From: Aplysia californica
Lineage: Eukaryota
DNA length: 64,000 bases
Assembly: GCF_000002075.1 (NCBI RefSeq)
Contig: NW_004797359.1
Location: 326,347 to 390,346, forward strand
Direction of reading: 5' to 3'
The position numbers and the translations under genes were made by a program. Below the pieces are notes generated by a model. The model was not told where the DNA came from and did not search any database. It saw only the letters and a list, made by a program, of their open reading frames with translations. Of this stretch, positions 58,601 to 64,000 are shown piece after piece (positions within the stretch are counted from its first letter, which is position 1; each line of letters begins with the position of its first letter).

Positions 58601-60256
58601 TGTATAGCGCAAATCCCCGCTCAACAGCAGGCTCTATGCGCTTCACAATCTATACTATTACCCCAGCAGACCTGAGAGCATTCTGAAACAACCTCAACTT
58701 CCTGGGAAGCGTACAGTGCCAGCGGCCATTTATAGGCGCTAAAACACTAACATACTGACAAGATCTTTTGCTGTCTATGGCTGGGTACCCATTTCCACCT
58801 GGGTGAAGTGAGGAAAATTTGTGTAAAGTGCCTTTCCCAAGGACACAACGTCGGGCCCGCGGCTCAAACCCTCGACCCTGCAACCTCACAATTACGAGTC
58901 CGGTAGCCTAACCACTAGGTACTGTAACTATGTTGAAAGTGGCTTCATCTTGTGCCCCTTCTTAACTCTTAGAGATCACTCCCAGGGTCCTGATTTACAG
59001 CTAGGGATGCAGCAGTTTGAGATGTTGTGAAATGTTCTTGGGTAAAAATGGAAATAAAGGTATAAGTAAAGTGTTTTTTTTATTTGTACTCTTCATTATC
59101 TAATCAAATATGAACCCAAAGATTAGCAATCTTAACATAAAACAGTATTCACTGTTCAGTTCCCAAATCAAGAAATTTGTTTTATCAAGTGTCACAGTTC
59201 AGATTCTATATTCTTCCTGGGTTGGCCCTGACAGGCAGGTTGACTGCTACTCGAAAATGATCTGAATTGTGTCAGGGGGGTGTAATACATTTGTCTTCAC
59301 CCATGGACTGTCATGTTGAAATGTGATGAACTCTGTGAGTTGTATAGGATATAGTTTGTACATGCGGAGGAACTCCTAGTTTCATTTTTCGAGCTGGACA
59401 GATTATGTTTTTTTCTCCTGACTTGGAAAAATTGCCATTGTTCTTTTGCAGTTGAATATACTTACCCGTTTGTCATGATAGTAGTTAGAAATGTAGAAAG
59501 CAAATCACTAATGTGAGGTTGGTTGTTTTTTTTTTTCAGAGTTACTTAATGGATGGAAGCATGTCTGCGGATGGTGCCCCAAGACGTAAATATCGGAAGC
59601 GAGCAATCTCCTCCTCAGTGTTCACATGCACACACTGCCCATACAAGTCCAACCGGCACTTCAACGTCCAGCGGCATGAGAGGCTGGCCCACTCCACCAA
59701 GAAGCCAGAGTTCAGCTGCCAGGAGTGTGGCACCTCGTATTCGCTAGAGTACCGCCTCAAACTGCACATCAAGGCGGTGCACCAGGGTGAAGGCCACCAC
59801 TGCCACATCTGTAACCGTACGTTTGAGACAATGACGGGCCTCAAGTCCCACGTGGTCACCAAGCACAAGAACGAGGAGCACAAGGTGCAGCAGGAGCCAC
59901 CGCCAGAGCTCACCTGCAAGCTCTGCGGACGATTCTTCTCCACAAAGTCGCACCTCCAGAAGCACACCAGCACCCATGTGATGGTGCAGCCCTACCGGTG
60001 CTTTATGTGCAACGAGCCCTTCATGGAGGAGTGCAGCTGGCTGTCGCACCAGAACAACTGTTCGGCGCCGTTCAAGATCCAGTGCTGCCTGTGCAGTGCG
60101 GTGATACCCACGCCCCAGGAGCTGCTGGTTCACATGGACACAGTACACGGCCGGTCAGAGTACTCCTGTACCTGCGGCAAGACTTTCCCCTGGAAAAAGT
60201 CTCTGCTCACGCACCAGCAAAAGTGTTCACTGCGTGCGGCCGAAAGAAGTGCTTAA
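51902..60256 (+). CDS. FLYWCH-domain plus multi-C2H2 zinc-finger protein; 3 coding exons, 583 aa
   Basis: join(51902..52672,57664..57927,59540..60256); all GT-AG, phase 0. FLYWCH (F..TSQG.RFL...YWVC....C.AR...HNH) at aa 65-123; NLS-like PAAKKAK and PRRKYRKR; seven Cys/His fingers in the last exon. Confidence 0.8.
57664..57927 (+). CDS. Middle exon: acidic segment (EEEW..DFEEWLEDD) and NLS-like PAAKKAK
   Basis: catatag| acceptor, GAG|gtaact donor; 88 open codons; phase 0 at both ends. Confidence 0.75.
58581..58915 (-). mobile_element. CORE-type tRNA SINE with L2-like tail
   Basis: Minus strand: tRNA-like head, CCTTGGGAAAGGCACTT..CACCCAGGTGGAAATGGGTACC core, TGTGAAGCGCATAGAG...GCGCTATACAAAT tail; TAGGTA on both flanks. 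Confidence 0.85.
59540..60256 (+). CDS. Terminal exon with seven C2H2/C2HC zinc fingers
   Basis: Poly-T cag| acceptor. Fingers: CTHC..HERLAH, CQEC..HIKAVH, CHIC..HVVTKH, CKLC..HTSTH, CFMC..HQNNC, CCLC..HMDTVH, CTC..HQQKC. GC3-rich coding bias. Confidence 0.9.
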   Translation, partial: SYLMDGSMSADGAPRRKYRKRAISSSVFTCTHCPYKSNRHFNVQRHERLAHSTKKPEFSCQECGTSYSLEYRLKLHIKAVHQGEGHHCHICNRTFETMTGLKSHVVTKHKNEEHKVQQEPPPELTCKLCGRFFSTKSHLQKHTSTHVMVQPYRCFMCNEPFMEECSWLSHQNNCSAPFKIQCCLCSAVIPTPQELLVHMDTVHGRSEYSCTCGKTFPWKKSLLTHQQKCSLRAAERSA

Positions 60257-61938
60257 CACAAATCAATGTGTTCATATCACCCCTCTTTTATTGTCCTTAA
60301 GGGGTGGGGGGATCTAGGGCAACCTTCTCTGGGAGTTAGTTTGATTGAGTAACATTGAGTGACAGTAGCTGGTGTTTTATAGAATCTGCTTTATGCAATC
60401 ATATTTTCAGAAGATTTTTATATGCAGAAAAGAAAGTGTGTTGTGAAATTAGGGAAAACTGGTTCTTTTAAAAAATTGTTGGGCTCTCAATCTATTGTCT
60501 TCCTGATATAAGCATCATGTTGGAAAATTTTGTGACTTTCCTGTTAAGGTTTCTTGCAGAATTGTTTGTGTCTAATGTTCTGGTTTAGAATTTGTAGTAA
60601 GTATGCTAGTCCTATGGATCTGTTTTTCATTATAATTCTACGCAATCAGTTTTCTGTACCATTTGACCATCTTGAGCATTTTACATTAATTGTGAGGACA
60701 AAATACCCTTCATTGTATTCTCTCGATCAGATGTTTCAGGTATGGAAAATTGAAACCTAAAGTAAAAAAAAAAGAAATAATAAAAGATAGAAAGATATCT
60801 TTAAAATGGTACAAGGTATTCTTGTGAATCTGAGCATCTTGGCGGAGCCAGTGAGTGTGAAAATCGGTACTATTTATAGGAAGTTGTGTATCACATGCTC
60901 AAAGAGGAAGAGCAGAGATTATTCTTTAAAAAACTCAATTTTAGAAATGGTAAAATGTTTTCACCTGCAATGATAGTGGTAAAGTGGTTACATTTGTATT
61001 ATTGTGTACAGAGGACATTTATTGTAAGGGAGTGAGCCATAAAGATGCCTTTGAAGTTAGTGCTAAGTATTGATGATAGGTGGGGGTTGTTTTTTTTTAG
61101 GGGGGGGGGGGGAGGTTGTTTTGTGTGAGTGTTAGTGAGTGCTTTCCCCTTCCATTCTTCTTTGGGGTTAGCTCAGACAAAGAAGACTGCTTGAAGAGTG
61201 TTGTGACTTGCAGATACAAAGAAGTTCTTATTTAGCCATTATCCCTCATTTTGTTGTGGAGGACAGATTGGAAGCAGATACTATAACTATGTTGAAAGTG
61301 GCTTCATCTGTTTAAAAGAATGTACATTTTTATATCATTACATATGGCATATCAAATCATGCATATTTTTACACACAGTATTTTTGTGTACTTAAGTAAG
61401 ATCTTCCAACATATCGAAGTTGTGATCTCTGGATTTTCCCCACCTATTTTTCCATACACATAAATGTATGTGTATGAAATTTTATTCATTGAAAGTGCCT
61501 TACTGGGGTTGTGATTTATTTTTGGTCACTTTTTTTCTTGTGCCTCTTCTGGTATGCATAGAGGCTCGTTTTAAGAGCTTAGTGGATATAATTTTTATTA
61601 TCTCCTCTATGAAGCTGACATTTATATTTGCTGTTGTCATTACTCGAATGATTACATATTGTGTGTTCCTGGTTGTAATGTGAATGTGACATGTGAAGAA
61701 AGGCGTCGCCATTGCTTTGAGGTTGTAGTTTTAGTTTGCTGAACACTTAAGGAAATGGCTTATTCCTCCATGCCTTGCATGATGAAGCCAAAAGCTCTTC
61801 ACTGCATGTTTTTTTTTTACTTTTGCGTAAGTGGTCAAAGATATCTGTATCTGTTTTTAACTCTCTTTTCCAGCACACACACAGTGATTCACCATACTTA
61901 CCTCTGTAACTTGGACTTGAATGTATGCAGTAATACTA

Positions 61939-62608
61939 CAGTGAAACTCGCATATAACGAAGTCGTCGGGCCCAACTTCAAGTTTGTTTAATCTGAGTGT
62001 TCGCCATACGAGAAAGCTGTGACTAAAGTGAATGTTTTTTATCGATAATGATAGGGACATGCTCGCGCAAGATTCATTTTTTGTTCTTTGAAGTGTACTG
62101 CAGGAAAATTTGGAAATGCTTTATGAGCATCACCATGTTCAGGCTCTGGTGATTGTTGCCTCTTCAATGCAGGTCTATGTGTTTCTTGGTCCATGAGTGA
62201 TTTGATCATTTCTTTGTCTTTGAAAAAATGTTGACAGGTATCATGGTGCAGCGCATTTCTAACTTCAAAAGAAAGCTTGTGGCTATTCACATAAATGCAC
62301 ATGTGTCTCTGTTAAGTTGATTGCAGTGTGCGGTGTATATATGCAAATAAGTGTGTATTCATCCATGGTCAGAGCCACACCCTTGTCTACTCTATCTCAA
62401 GAGATCGGCGACTCTACACCATGGATGATTACGAAGCCACATCAGTGGGGGGCTGTTCATTCTGGAAGCGACTTCAATGAGTTTGATGAGTTTGCTCATT
62501 TAAATGTTCTTTCAATACAAGGAATTTACTGATTTTAATGAGTGAAAAAAAAATGGGGAATCATTTTCTTTTTGTTGAGTCCGGGTTTGTTTTATCCGAG
62601 TTCCACTG
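61939..62608. mobile_element. Tigger/pogo-type MITE
   Basis: ta|CAGTGAAACTCGCATA ... TATCCGAGTTCCACTG|ta. Confidence 0.7.
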
Positions 62609-62945
62609 TATTCTTTGATGCATGTTGTGCTTTACTACCATTATTGTATTAATGAGTATTTGAAATGTAGCTCGTGAATTAGTCTTAAGACATTCTTTTT
62701 TTGTTTGCACTTTTGTATGAGTTGCAGAGATGTACAGCATGTTTATTTTCTTTTCCTTTTATATTGTAATTGTTTTAGGACTGGGAAGCAGTTACTTCAG
62801 CTGGTACGCCAATTGACCACAGTCTAACTACCTATATTCAGTTCCCTCTGGTTTCTGAACCAAGGATATTTTACAAGAGTCATGGATAACATGAAAACAA
62901 AAAAACTTTCTATTTCTCCAGTTATAGCTAGATCTATACGTTATA

Positions 62946-63099
62946 CAGTGAGTCCCCTTATACTGAACACATATATTTCGGAAACAGCGGTAAACCAAAA
63001 GTAAATAGTAAAGATTTTTTCCTTTCTATTTGAACAACCTCGTCATACTGAAGAAAATCTGGCAGGTCTGCAGGTTTTGGTTTTTAATGGACCCCACAG
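62946..63099. mobile_element. Short degenerate Tigger-type MITE
   Basis: ta|CAGTGAGTCCCCTTA ... TAATGGACCCCACAG|ta. Confidence 0.45.
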
Positions 63100-64000
63100 T
63101 ATGTTGATCTTGTAGTCCTGACAATTCAGAAGCTTAGTGTGGAAGTGGTGTAATTAGGCACTTACTGTATTCATTTACTGGGTTTGTAGTAGGCATTGCT
63201 GCATGCTGTCATTAGTTTGTGAAAGGAATTTGTATTATTTTGTCTTATGAGTACTGGTAGCTCAGTTCCTTTGAATGTTTATGTTCTTGTATGTGATGTA
63301 GCCCCTGCCCTTTCTTCTTGGCTACAATTTTTATGTCTTTAATTTCAAGTCTTCTCCCTTCACATCACATGATTTGTGTATTTTAATGTGGAATTTTTAA
63401 ATTTTAGAAACTGCCTCGTGCATCGGGGAAAATAATGATTTTGCACTTAAGATTATTTTTTTTTAAGTTTGTTCTTTCATTGTGTCTTTGATGTTATTCT
63501 TTTCCTATTTCTGTTGTGTCTGTGCCTGTATCTGTTTTATCTTTTTTTGTTTTTGCTCCCTTTTTTTGCTATTTTTTTTTTTTTTTCATTTCTGTATAAG
63601 TTCAGTTGAATGTTTTTGGATTTTCCATGGTGGAAAGAAGGTATGCTGCACTACAGCACTATGGTTATAGCTGTGGCTCAGGCAATTGATGACTATCATA
63701 TGGTGAAATCAGGGCCCACAAATTATTTCTTTACCTACCTACTTTTTCTACGGCACATACTGCTTAATTTTAGACACATTCTCAATGTTCTGACACAACC
63801 ATGAAAATATTGTTGTTTTCCCTTATGTCTAATATTTTCTTAGCCGTTTTTACATGCATGTTTTAGTCTTATTTTGGCGCATTCACTGTCCTCAGCATGG
63901 TATAAGATTTGGAAGTGCTTTGTGCTTTGCCTTCTCAGATCTTTGTTATGCTCTGAATGCTCTCTGTGCATAGACAGTTAACAACCCAAGTTGAACTGGA

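Noticed and set aside
59542-60148. Antisense ORFs over the zinc-finger exon (likewise 18351-18644, 29458-29721 and 52138-52410)
   Set aside because: Shadow ORFs of real coding exons.

Overview
Animal genomic DNA: AT-rich, intron-rich, microsatellite-rich, with five N gaps. The SINE/MITE repertoire suggests a lophotrochozoan, probably a gastropod mollusc (inference). Four spliced genes can be reconstructed by hand. (1) The first recognisable coding exon of NAA80, the actin N-terminal acetyltransferase, on the - strand (471-568); it continues off the left edge. (2) A complete 12-exon TRMT6 (5793-25279, +, 518 aa), head-to-head with NAA80. (3) A 6-exon EGLN1/PHD2-type HIF prolyl hydroxylase (28730-39068, +, 497 aa) with an N-terminal MYND finger and two putative extra 3' exons encoding a helical tail ending in a basic NLS-like motif. 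(4) An unnamed gene with three coding exons (51902-60256, +, 583 aa) that joins a FLYWCH domain plus a Mutator-transposase-like helical segment to seven C2H2/C2HC zinc fingers; this is the best candidate for something new (a domesticated MULE DNA-binding module fused to a ZnF array). Introns and intergenic DNA are full of transposon debris: a Tc1 remnant split by a LINE 3' end, an RT+RNaseH LINE with an 11-bp TSD, several Tigger/pogo-type MITE families, TTAA-inserting MITEs, a hAT-like MITE, Deu/Nin-type and CORE-type tRNA SINEs, and a decayed PIF/Harbinger with an antisense MADF/BESS ORF lying next to a MITE of its own family. There is no CRISPR array, rRNA or convincing tRNA gene. All gene models come from splice signals, phase continuity and recalled protein similarity, without transcript or database evidence.
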